This document shows positions 8,555 to 20,554 of a stretch of 28,058 bases of DNA, piece by piece. The stretch comes from Monocercomonoides exilis PA203 (Eukaryota; Protista; Preaxostyla): positions 1-28,058 of the forward strand of contig LSRY02000092.1 of NCBI GenBank assembly GCA_001643675.2. The letters run 5' to 3'. The position numbers and the translations under genes are program-made. How positions within the stretch are numbered: the stretch's first letter is position 1; every line of letters starts with the position of its first letter. The notes below the pieces were generated by a model. It saw only the letters and a list, made by a program, of their open reading frames with translations. It was not told the DNA's origin and ran no database searches.

Positions 8555-10388
8555 ATGGAATACAAAACAAATGCGAGTAATGATCTCTATTTAAAGGACG
8601 AAAAAGGAAAAACAAAAGCAATGCTATGGATTGCTTGAGAAAAGAACAGATCCTCCATTAGAAATTCGTCATAGTATCACTTTTACCGATGAGGACGGAT
8701 GGACAATGGCCATGTACTGGATTGCATATGTTAAAACAGATCCACCAGAATGGATGAGACACAATATCTCATTTACCAATGAATGTGGAGAAACAATGGC
8801 AATGTTGTGGATAGAGAATGTGAAGAAAGAACCGCCGGAATGGATGAGGCACGGAATAACGCTATATAATAAAAAAGGAAGCACAATGGCTATGCAGTGG
8901 ATTGTGAATGTCAAAGCAGAGCCACCAGAGTGGATGAGACACGACATCATGATTCGCGATAAAAAAGGAAACACAATGGCCATGTACTGGATTGCATATG
9001 TTAAAACAGATCCACCAGAATGGATGAGACACGAAAATACATTCGCAGACAAAGGAGGACGAACAATGGCTATGATATGGATTGAATATGTGAAGACAGA
9101 ACCACCGAAATGGATGAGACATGGAAGTTCATTTCCTGATAAAGACGGCAAAACAATGGCCATGCTGTGGATTGAACTCGTGAAGACAAATCCACCAGAA
9201 TGGATGAGACACGACGTAGCACTCAAAGATAATGACGGGTGCACAATGGCAATGCTGTGGATTGAGAATGTTAAAGCAGACCTTCCTGAATGGATGAGGC
9301 ATGATATTACTCTTGGAAATAAGAAAGGAAAAACGATGGCAATGATATGGGTTGCAAATGCTAAGACAGACCCACCAGAGTGGATGAGACATAACAACGA
9401 AGTTGCAGACAAGAAAGGACGAACAATGGCCATGCATTGGATAAAGGAAATCAAGACTGAACCTCCAGAATCCATGAGACACGTAATCACTCTTGCAGAT
9501 AAGGAAGGACAGACAATGGCAATAATATGGATAATATATATCAAAATTGAGCCACCGGAGTGGATGAGACATGGAATTACACTTGCTGATAACAACGGAA
9601 GAACAATGGCCATGTTCTGGATTGAAAATGTAAAAACTGAACCTCCTGAATGGATGAGACATTGCATCACTGTTCGCGATAAGTGTGGAGACACAATGGC
9701 CATGTATTGGATTGCAGATGTCAAAGCAGAGCCTCCAGAGTGGATGAGACATGGAATAACGCTTGCTGATAACGACGGAAGAACAATGGCTATAATATGG
9801 ATTGTTTGCGTTAGAACAGAACCACCAGAATGGATGAGGCATAGCAATGAACTTTCCTGTTCGTATGGCCGGACAATGGCCATGCAATGGATTATATTTG
9901 TGATGACAGAACCGCCAGAGTGGATGAGACACGATATCGCACTTCGCAACAATAATGGCTTAACAATAGCTATGACATGGATTGCTTATGTAAAAACTGA
10001 ACCTCCTGAATGGATGAGACACGGAATTACTATTTGCAATAAATATGGATGGACAATGGCTATGATATGGATTGCAAATGTCAAAACTGAACCTCCTGAA
10101 TGGATGATACATGGAATTACACTTGCTGATAACAAGGGAAGAACAATGGCTATGACATGGATCACAAACATCAAAACAGAGCCACCAGAATGGATGAGAC
10201 ATGAGATAACGCTTCGAACTGAGAAAGGAAATACAATGGCCATGTTCTGGATTGCAAATGTGAAGACTGAACCTCCTGAATGGATGAGACATGGAATCAC
10301 TGTTCGCGATAAGGATGGAGACACAATGGTTGATTATTGGAAAAACAATTTAATAATTGACCCACCAGAATGGATGAAGACAGATTAA
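8555..10388 (+). CDS. Tandem-repeat protein, ~20 x 30-aa ankyrin-like units (consensus EPPEWMRHGITLADKxGxTMAMxWIxxVKT)
   Basis: ORF 8631..10388 holds 19 full 90-bp units plus partial ends. An ATG at 8555 (MEYKTNASNDLYLKDEKGKTKAMLWI) encodes another partial unit, joined by a +1 frameshift at ~8630-8633. The D-x-x-G-x-T-x-hydrophobic segment resembles the ankyrin beta-hairpin/helix-1 motif. No introns seen. Confidence 0.85.
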
Positions 10389-13300
10389 TCAATATAAATG
10401 CGAAAGATCATTTCATTGGAAATGAAATTCATTTTCTGAATTTCAACAAATCAACATTTCACTTCTTGTCTGAATAAAAACATTTGTCGTTCATGAGACA
10501 AAATGTTTGATGTTAGAATGTTCTTTCTTTCTTTCTTGAATAGATTTTCGATCTTTCGATGAACATTTGGACATTCTTCAAAAAACATTCATTTTTGAGC
10601 TTTTCCTTTTGCTTTTTCATTGCTTTGATGTTTTCTTTCCAAATGTGAAAATCATTTCATTTTTTGTATTTTTAATTTTCTTAGATCTGTCAAAACAGTC
10701 CATTCTATTTTCTATAAAAATGTGCTTATTGGTAAGTTTATTGATTCAGATGAGTCTTTATTTTTTTCCATTCATTTCCATTTCACAATATAAACTGATA
10801 TCGTAAGTTCGATTTTTTCTTTCAAAAAACAGTCAAGAAATCAGAAGAAATAAAAGAAGAAAGTTGAGAGGTTGAGAATTAATAAGGATTAACAATCTTT
10901 TTCAAACTGTAATTTTGAGTTTTGGACAAGGTTTATGAGAAAGAAGCAGGAGCAACAAAAGAGTCAGTTGCCTTTTCGGTTGAAATTATGAGCATGGTCT
11001 TAAACTCCAGATTTCATCAAAATAGCAGGAAAAAATTGAAAGATAGAAGATTATTTGAATAAATGGATGGAACCAAAAGTGGTTGAGTAATCTTCACTTT
11101 TAATCCTTGTAGATAACTGAATTCACAATCATTCTCAAATTGTGTGCAGAACTTTAATGCTCGAACAGAGTTCTTTCAGCAATTCGTATCATGCATTTTA
11201 TTGATTTCGCTCTTTCTTGTTTCAGATCGTAAAACATCTGTTGATCGCTCAGCCATAAAACGGATTCGGCAAGCTTATTTTCAGTGAAAGAGAAAAATTG
11301 TGTTTGCAAAGAAAGATGTTCCAAAAGCATCCTACGAAGAGAAAGACGAACAAAACGAAGAAATTGATTTCAAAATTGATTTTTCTGTTTTATTACTTCC
11401 CGCGCTTTTAGCATTTTTAATTTGAAAATCAATCCGTGTTTTGTAATTTGCCTTTTTAACATCTCGACGTTCAAAACTCGAAATCTTCATCGATTCATTG
11501 ACAGTTTCCACAATTATCTTTCACCGTATTCCTCATTTGTCAGAAGAACGCATTTCCATTGTACGATAAAACAGCAGAAAAACGATTATTCAATGTGTCA
11601 GACCACAATCAGGAATTAATTTCCTGAGCAAGTGAAGATCCTTCCATGAATAAAGCCGTGTTAACGGATGAAAGGCGGCTGAAGTTCAAAAACGTGAGAC
11701 GTCTTATTTGAAGACAATGGAAGCTGTGTGAATATTGAAGAGTTGCTCGAAAATTGAGGAATGAAGCTTTGCGATTTTAAAAATTGGTTAAAGAATGAAT
11801 GGAAGAGGAGATGAGAATGAATAATGACATGAATTTACTTTTGTTCGAAATGAAGACCCCGAAGTATTCGAGCGGAAAGGCATCAAAAATCTGATAAATC
11901 TGTTCATTTGGCGAGAAAATTGAAAAAGAGATTGCTTCTATCAGCTCAAAAATTATAGAATTCGGATATTTCTCTTTCGTATTTAGTATTCCCATTGGCT
12001 TCTCTGTTAATAACTTTCCAAAGAAAACACTTTTTGCAACATTACCGTTTTAAATACGTATAACCTGCTTCTTTTCCTCTTCCTCTTCTTCTTCTTTCAT
12101 CCCAATAAACAAAAAATGAAATTGCTGCTTTCTTTGTCTTCAATGCATCAATAACTTAAGCTTACTGAAAACGCTCAAACACACTGCAACATAATTTCTG
12201 CAAGGCAACTTTTCTGGATCAGATTGTATTTTTGTCCAACGAAAATTAATTCACATATTTATAAAAATAGTTTACTCAGATTATGATTGAAGCACATGCC
12301 CACACGGCTGTTGTAGATGTGCACCACCACAGCACGGAAAAGGCGATTCTGTGGAAAGAGCTGTCTTTGAACCAGCTGAGCTACGCGTTTACCCGCGAGC
12401 TAACACCAGCTGATGAGACATTCAACCACTACGATGGCCTGCTCTACACAGAGGCTGGCATGAGCTTGCTGCAGAATTGACTACGCCTGCCATTCTATTT
12501 GGGTGCTGCTCCTGTGGGAAGAAAGTCGTTTTGAAGATTGCATTCCAGATGCTGAATCAATACGAAGCGCGTTTTAAGTTTGAGAGAGGGAGAAAAGAAG
12601 AAGCTACTGAAATATACTTTCTGGAGCAGGTGCCCATCGGAGAGGTGGATGCACTTTTGCAGTCGATTGTGCTGCGGAACGAAGGAGGGACGAGCATCGA
12701 CAACAGACTGGACCTGTCTGATGTGGAGCGGCTGAATGCGTCTGCGACTTATTTCCCTCTGTTTGAGTGTTCTATCACGAGAGGGATTGTACCTGCTATG
12801 AAAAGCAGGCAATATATTGGTGCTTCCATTCGCTGATGAAAATAGGTTATTTTGTGAGGATTCCAATCAAGCTGGAAAGCAGAAACAGTTCAATGAATGA
12901 GATGAACGAGAATGTTGGAGGAGGCTCAGGGGAAGAGGAAGAAGCAACGAAATGGAAAGCATCGTAGGCACATGGAGCCAGTGCTGCAAGCGCTGTTGGC
13001 AAACAACGACTTTATCGCAAAGGAAGGAGCAGAGCTGCTTGTGAATGAGAAAAAGACAAAGATTTCCCTCACAACAGGGAAAAATCAGAAGGCTTCCTCC
13101 TCCTCCTTCTTCTTATCCTGTGCCATCTCAGTCTTCCTCTTCCTCCTCTCTGGAAATTTCCCATCAGCCAAGCATCCGCAAACAGCCGAGAGTGAGTGTC
13201 ATTGAGCGCATGACGAAGTCGCAGGGCATTCAAATAGCCTCTCGACTTGTGCAGTTCCGCCCTGCCCTGGAAAAGAGAGAGAGAAACGAGAACCAGTTTC

Positions 13301-14145
13301 TGTTGGCGATGGCGAAGCAGCCTGTTGATCCGCTTATAGCAGCTGATGCTTCAACATTGCAGTTGCGAACATTGACCAGTCGCATTCAGCTCAATGAGAC
13401 CACTAAGCAGGCGCTGGATATAGCAGGACAGATATAAAAGGAGCAGAAGATAAGGATTTTGCAGAAGGAGAAGAAGAGAGAAGTGTTTGGGATAAACAAC
13501 CTCATTCCAACGGCATCTGCCATGAAATGAACACCAATAGAGAACAAAAAGAGCCTGGTCCAACTGAGAGAGTCGCGAAACTTCAATACTGGAGGAAGAA
13601 GGATGACTGATGCAAATGTAGTAAGCGGAGCGAATGTGTCTCTTCCTCCGTTGTTGAATACGTTTTCTGGCTCTTCTTCTGGTTCTGGTTCAGTTTCAGT
13701 TCCATTGTATTCTCAGCAGGGAATAGCACAGCAGGTGTCTATACAATCATAGGGCATTCAAAGAATTCAAAGGCTTATTCCAACAGGAGTAGTGAACAAG
13801 CAAGGCAGCGCAGTTCGTCCGCGTCCTTTGAGGATGCAAGAGTCAAATGAAGGAGGAAAAGCACATGAAGGGAGGATTCGTTGAAGAAGGAGAGGCTTTG
13901 CGAGTTGGATAGATTGCCGGATTTATATGGAGGGATGAGTGGAATGCTGGACGAGTGAGAGGAAGACGGAGAATGGGATGATGGTTTCATAAAGCCAGAC
14001 CAGAAGATACTTTTGAGAGTGTCGTTCAAAAGTAGCTCGGCCAACAGGTTTTGGAGCTGCATGGGGCTTCTTATCTTTTGCTAGTGTTTCTGTCTCAGCC
14101 ACCGCTCAGTACTGACGGAAATAGAGATTCCTTTTGTTTATTCTC

Positions 14146-14276
14146 TCTTCTTCTTCTTCTTCTTCAAATTCTTCTTCTTCTTCTTCTTCTTCTTCTTCTT
14201 TATTGTCTTCTTCTTTTGCTTCTGCTTCTGCTTCTGCTTCTGCTTCTGCTTCTGCTTCTGCTTCTGCTTCTGCTTC
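14146..14276. repeat. (TTC)n followed by (TTCTGC)n microsatellite
   Basis: Direct inspection. Confidence 0.9.
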
Positions 14277-15271
14277 ACATATTTTTAACTCCTTGTCTGA
14301 GAATATCAATTCCATTTGTCTCTATCGCTCGAAAACAATGAGCTTTTGTTGCTAACCAATCTTTCAAATCGGAATATGGATGTGTTTGTGTAGCTGGTGG
14401 AGCTGCCAGCAGACGTGGTGGGGGACCTGAAAAAGCTTCTTGTTTCCAGGACAGCGCTGCAGTAGCCTCTTCACTCAGCTCCTTCTTCTTCGTCGTCTTC
14501 TTCTACTGGAGCAGCATGCCGATCAACTTCGCCATTCAGGAGGCGGAGAAGCGAAGAGAAGAAGGAAGCAGGAGATCAGCCATCATCAGCACCTGTGATT
14601 GACCCTTCGGATGCTTCGGCAGTGGCAGCATCATTCACGTCGGCAGGAGCGATAGACGACTTAGAGAGGCGGCTGCGGATTGTGGTGCCAGAGGCAGCTG
14701 GGGTGTATGGGCTGCACATGCCGCTGTCGCTGCTGCTGCTGCTGTCGCCACGGGCGCTGCAGACGCTTCGAATGATTTGTTGTGGCTCGGCGGGCGGTGC
14801 TGTATGGGGGTGTTGTGTGCGCATACGACGTGGCGCTTTCAGCGATGCTTTTGGTTCCGCTGGTGGCGCAGCTTCCGTCGCTTGCAGCGTCTGCGAGAAC
14901 GAAGCCAAAGGGAAAGCAAGCGGATCTTTGCAGTAGCAGATGTGAATGCGTTCCCGTCGATCTACGATCAGTTTGACCTTTCACTACAAATATGATTATC
15001 GCCGCAGTCGAGGCGTGTGGTGATGAAGCTGGACGAGGAAGTGATGAAGTGATGGGGCGAGGGGTTGCTGCGCGCGAAGTGGGTGAGATTGTGGAGAAGG
15101 GGCTGTCGGAGGCGGGGCTAAGAATGGAGGATGTGGTTCTGTCACCAGTAGCGATTGTACAGGTTGTGCTGGAGGAGCTAGAAGAATAATAATTCGAAGA
15201 AGCAGCAGAATAAGGGGAAGAAGAATGGGAAGAAGAAGGGGAAGAAGAAGGGAAGAAGAAAAGAAAGGAAA

Positions 15272-15350
15272 ATGAGGAAGATGAGGAAGATGAGGAAGAT
15301 GAGGAAGATGAGGAAGATGAGGAAGATGAAGAAGATGGAGAAGATGGAGA
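15272..15350. repeat. (ATGAGGAAG)n 9-bp tandem repeat, poly-EED in the acidic frame
   Basis: Six perfect units at 15272-15325 plus degenerate units. Confidence 0.85.
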
Positions 15351-18300
15351 AGAAAAAAGAGATAACAGAGGAAGAGCAGATACAGAATGCATATAAGCAA
15401 CTTATGATTTCGTTGCATCGTTCAAACTTTGAAGAAATTAACAGAGATGCATGTGGGAGATGGTTGGTAATATGCTTGTGAAGGCAAGAAAAATGCATTG
15501 ATAAAAATTAAATGCATTTCTGAAGAGAAGAGAAAGAAGTCGAGTTGCACAGTTTTTGATTGCGAAAAGGGGAAGACAGACGATTTTCACATTTTTGTTG
15601 AGGAGAATAAGAACAATTTTTTTGAGTGAGGCGAAGGGGATTTTTAAAAACAGACTTCATTGGAGCGGATGTTGGCTTTCCGGTGGATGTTGTATCTTCT
15701 TCAGGGAGGCATCGAGATTGCCTCACGAAACTGTTTCCTTCGATTCCGCATTAGCATTGCCTCTTTGCACACAAGCGCTCTGTCTTCTTGTACCTCATCT
15801 TTTGTGTAATTGTTATGATCTGTAAAACTTCTGTCTTTTTGAGTGCAACATGCTAATCAGTTTTCACAAATGAAGTCACGCACTCATTGAGAGAAAATCC
15901 TCTCTGTTGTCATCTGCTTCCCCTGAAATTGCATTAAATATTCTTCTCTTTCTCTTCCCCATTCCAACAAGCAGCTTTGTGATTGTTCTTTCCGTCTCAT
16001 CAAAGTCTCTCTGAAATAGCTTAAATTACATTTCGTTTGAAGAAGAGAAAAAAACAATGAAGATCGTCTTCAACATGTTCAAAATATCCTTCTTCATTTC
16101 TAAATCAAATTAACATTTTTAAATTCAACGGGGAAAATGCTGCTTCCGTTGAGCGAGCTCATCCAGTAGACACGCTATGACTGCTAACAACCATCTCTTC
16201 TGGTTCAGTTGCTTCACATATATTTGAGGCTTGTTCGTTTAGGTGGATCGAGTCATGCCAAATAGCAATGTCTCAAATGGATTGAACGCAATCGATACGG
16301 ATGAAAGTGACAGATAAAATGCTTCTTATTCGGCTTTGATCGCCTATCCAAATAAATTTTTACCAAAAATTGAAATTGCATTTTAGCTGAAATCAAAACT
16401 TGTTGTCTCCTTTATCGTTCCTGCTGGAATCTTAATATTAGCCGCTGAATCAACAATCTGCAGAGTGAGGCAGAGACTAATCGCGTTGCATTGCTGGGAT
16501 TCATCTCATTTGCTCGTAAATGTATCTTTCTCATATGATTGTGTTTCAGAAGAAGAAACAAATCTGAATCTTCCACTGAGGCTTCAAAGATATTCGCTTT
16601 TATCTGCAATAAAAAACTGTATCTGGACTAACTCTATGTTCTATTTGCCTTGTGGAATAACAGTTTTGATCAATGCCATTTTGAAAAGAATTGCATCGTT
16701 GAATATTTTATTCTCCATTAAGGCATGTATTATTATCGAAAAATCAGAAAAATTTCAATGTTCCGTTGATACAGCAAGAAATTTGTATATAAACTGTTTC
16801 GCTTCCGAAAGCCAAATTGCAGTAACAAAATAGACAAATGGATATAATTACTTGATCTGTGTAATTCCTATGCTTAATGGCGCTTCCTGTACAATAAGAC
16901 GATCGATTTCAACGGCAGTTCTTTAAAAAATGAATTATTAAAGCACCGATTTCGCTTTTGAGTTTCTGTAAAGGGAGATCAACTGCTCCACTATCACTGC
17001 TAGAAGAACAGCTTGGAAAAGAAAAGTCGCCAATCTGTTGCTTTTCCACTTTCCAGACAAGAGGAAATAGTCTAACGATAGCACATCCGGTCTGTAATGA
17101 TTGAATTTCTCAACTTGATCAGATTGTTGCAATCGGATGATAATAAGAGGTTGGACGAATAAATATTCATTTTTGGATCAATTTCTTATCAGTGAAGGAG
17201 ATTGACCAATTTTGTAAATGAAACTGAGACAGCGATTTTTGAAAAGAAGCAAAGGAATCCAGTGATACACTGAACTTTTCTGTCATTACCATAAATGATT
17301 ATGACAAATGTTCATCTGCAAATATTTTCATTAGAATTTTATAAAGGCATAATCTCTAAAATGCAATAATAATGATTGTAGTGTCTCTGGCTTCCATTTT
17401 TTCTCCAGCAAATATAATTTTCTCAAAAAAAGAATTGTTGTTTGTTTTAGAGGGAAACTGTGATTCATTTAAACTGTCTTGATCAAAATTAACACAATCA
17501 TTATTATAAAAAATATTGAAGGGATATCTTTTCTTTTCAATTGTAAATTTCACACACATCTTATAATTTAAGTGTTGTTTCCAAAGGCAACGTAATTTAA
17601 ACAATAAGCGCAATTTCATGATGAAAACATTTTTTCAAATTGATCATAATATTTTGGGAAATAATATTTTCTGAAAAAAATATATTTATTATTTACATTT
17701 TCATGATGAAATTGTTGTTTTTAAAACTTTCTTTTGTACGGAAAAATGGTGCATATTTTTCTGTTTTCAATTGTTTGAAGTTTTAATATTAGAACTATAA
17801 TGATTAATCAAAATAAAGTGACTAATTATATAATAAATCATAAAAAAATTATCAAATATTCGATTTTTCAAATCCAAAAATGTATTTTTTTCATTTGGTC
17901 AAAAAGTCTGGTGACAGAACTCTTTGACTGCTCCTGTTGTGTGAAAAAACGCAGAAAACAAATTTTCCAATAAAGATTGCAGTTGTTATTGAATGAATAT
18001 GAATCCAAATGAAATTGTTCGAAAACCAATGTGGCTCATTGGCATTTGTTTTATGAAACAAATATTTCAAATATTTCAAAGAAAAAATGAATGATGATTA
18101 AAAATTCAAAGCGGATTTTCCAGTGCAACGCGTAAAACTTGTGAAAAACCTGACTAATATTTTTGATGTGATAGTTAATTTTTACTGGACAAACTTTTTT
18201 TGCATGAATATGAATGAATAGACAATGCGCAAATTGGGAATAAATTTGTTCAAATAAGAACGGATGTGTTCTATTTTTCATTCGATCAAAATTTTCTTTG

Positions 18301-18364
18301 TGTGTTGTCAATTACCAGTTTTTTGTGACAGTTGCATTGATTTGCCCTGATTGTGTTTTGAAAA

Positions 18365-19560
18365 TAAGGGTGATTATTTTTGAAATCAAAACTTTTGGGA
18401 GTGATGATAAATCAAAGGTTTTATTTTTAAAGATTGTTTATTCATTCAAAAGAAAAAAAGAATGATTGTTCGATATGACAATGTTTGAGATTTTATTCAT
18501 GAAAAATTATCTTTGAAAAAGAATTGATTTATCTGTATTCATAAATACATATTCAAATTGAATTTTCAAACAGAAATTTATGAATTGAAAAATATGGATT
18601 CAATAAGAATCACATATAATTATATATTTCTGATTGACACATGATTAAAATACTAAACATTTGAGTGTTTTAGAAAACAATGTGAAAATTATTTGTGTTT
18701 AATAAATTGCATATGTCAAAATTTTTTGAAAAGTTCTATTTGTTTTATTTTCAAATAAAATAAAAATTTCATATTTCGATCAAATTCCTGTTTTCACTTA
18801 CGAAACCACACCAAAACGGATAAAATTACGTTGTCAAGGATTTGTTTCAATTACAGCAAAATTTGGTGAGTGAAAACAGAAATTTAATCGAACTATGAAA
18901 TTTTATTTGAATTAAACAAATGGGTGATTCTTTTGAAAAGTCACAAATGTTTAATTTTTAAATGAATCAAAAATTTCATATTTAGCTCTTATATTTATAA
19001 ACATTCAGGAAACTTCACTTGAATTCATGAAACTACATTATCCAATAATGGATTCCATGTTTGTGAAGTTTGGTTGATGTTATCAAAATTTTGAGCAAAA
19101 TATAAAATTTTGATTCATTTAAATTAAACATTTGTGACTTTCAAAAGAATCACCCATGGTACTTTTAAAAAATTAACATATCGAAAAATTTTCAACAGAA
19201 TGTTTTTGTGATAAACATATTGTGAATTTATTGAATCACATTGATTATTTGCTATGAAAATGGAATTGAAATTAATCAGTTGAAAATTTCAAAACTGTAT
19301 TGGGTATTATTTTTGATTGCATATTTGAACTATCAAAATTCTCTGTTAGAGAATACAAATTGACTTCTAATTAATAAACACTGAACAGAAATAACTTCAT
19401 TCAAAATTATATTTTTCATAAGAATAATATGAAAAATCGAAGTTTAAAATAAATTGTTGGTGTGAATTTATTTAATGAATGACGAATTCCTTTCCCTTGA
19501 AACAAAATCATCCAAAAATCAATACTTCAAAAAAGTTATGATTTCAAAATAATCGCTTTA
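18365..19560. mobile_element. Older ~1.2 kb non-autonomous TIR element containing MITE copy 2
   Basis: Left end taagggtgattatttttgaaatcaaaacttttgggagtgatgat (18365-18408) versus reverse complement of the right end taaagcgattattttgaaatcataacttttttgaagtattgat (19518-19560). Very AT-rich, ORF-free interior. Confidence 0.55.
18922..19155. mobile_element. MITE (~234 bp), copy 2
   Basis: Near-perfect TIRs gggtgattcttttgaaaagtcacaaatgtttaattt / aaattaaacatttgtgactttcaaaagaatcaccc. AT flanks. Interior shares gattccat...gtgaagttt with copy 1. Confidence 0.88.
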
Positions 19561-20250
19561 ATTGAACACAAAAAATGGATGAACAAAAAAAACATTTCAT
19601 TCAATAAAAATGTAAATTAGTGATTAATTAAAGTTATAAACAAGTTCTCAAAACTGTAGCTTACACATTATTTTTTATTTTGTTATGCTTACAATAATGA
19701 ATTCGTTAACAGTCGAATTAACAAGTATTATAATGAAATTTTGATCAATTACCAATTGCATGTGCAAAATCGCTTTGTCACTTTTTGGAATCATCAACGT
19801 AATATCATATCATTTCATTGAGATAAAACGGAAAGAATGAAACGAATGCATGCCTCGAATACTTTTCAAAAAATAAGAAAAGTGTCAAAGTTCATATTTT
19901 TCTCCTAATTTTTTACGGATTCGGAAATATCTTTTGATAAAACACATTGGAAGATGAAAATTGTCAGATTTGTTATTTAAATGAAACTAGCTTTGAATCA
20001 TCAGCCATGAAAATAACAAAATTTTAGTTATTAACAGAAATTTTTATTATGAATGTTCCAGATGAAAATGTGCATAATCTTTCCAATGGAAAGACAAATA
20101 CAAGAAAAGTGTGTCACAAATCCGGGACAATGCATAAATTGCAGCTTTCATTGAGCTTTTCGCTCATTTATTTTTTCAAATTAAATGAAGGAAGCGTTTG
20201 AAGTTATAAGAATTGCTTTTTAATATTACAGTGTTCGTTAAAACACTTTG

Positions 20251-20427
20251 TCTTCTTCTTCTTCTTCTTCTTCTTCTTCTTCTTCTTCTTCTTCTTCTTC
20301 TTCTTCTTCTTCTTCTTCTTCTTCTTCTTCTTCTTCTTCTTCTTCTTCTTCTTCTTCTTCCTTTTTTCTTCTTCTTCTTCTTCTTCTTCTTCTTCTTCTT
20401 CTTCTTCTTCTTCTTCTTCTTCTTCTT
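20251..20427. repeat. Long (TTC)n / (GAA)n microsatellite
   Basis: About 175 bp of TTC with one interruption at ~20361-20367. Confidence 0.95.
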
Positions 20428-20554
20428 TTAGGAAATAAAAACAATAATAATTATTCTTCAATTATTGTTTTCCTCCCAATTTGTGAAATAAATAAAAATT
20501 ATAAAAGATAGCTTTTGAGTTTCAAAATCAAAAGAAAAGAATTTTGCTAAACAT

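Larger units (their letters stand above)
12283..15481 (+). pseudogene. Decayed large protein-coding gene of unknown family
   Basis: GC-richer, codon-like block with chained + strand frames (12283, 12477, 12912, 13045, 14595, 14992) broken by TAA, TAG, TGA and frameshifts. Acceptor-like sites near 12279 and 14393. Confidence 0.55.

Noticed and set aside
8669-10324. Long antisense ORFs (427, 267, 110, 112 aa)
   Set aside because: Shadow frames of the repetitive + strand gene.
8631-10388. CRISPR array or DGR target in the 90-bp repeats
   Set aside because: The repeats form one open reading frame with synonymous variation. No RT or template repeat is visible and no adenine-specific pattern was evident.
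10500-12100. Minus-strand coding fragments
   Set aside because: Short interrupted frames with no identifiable family.
12283-15481. Alternative genetic code (TAA/TAG = Gln, as in some oxymonads)
   Set aside because: TGA stops and frameshifts also interrupt these frames, and the 710-aa and 585-aa ORFs have no internal TAR and end in TAA.
17090-17215. Kinase-like fragment SSNLLLSDCNNLIKL on the minus strand
   Set aside because: No HRD or DFG motif, and nearby stops; the resemblance is too weak.
20204-20511. Poly-E/K/R/S/L ORFs
   Set aside because: Translations of the (TTC)n microsatellite.
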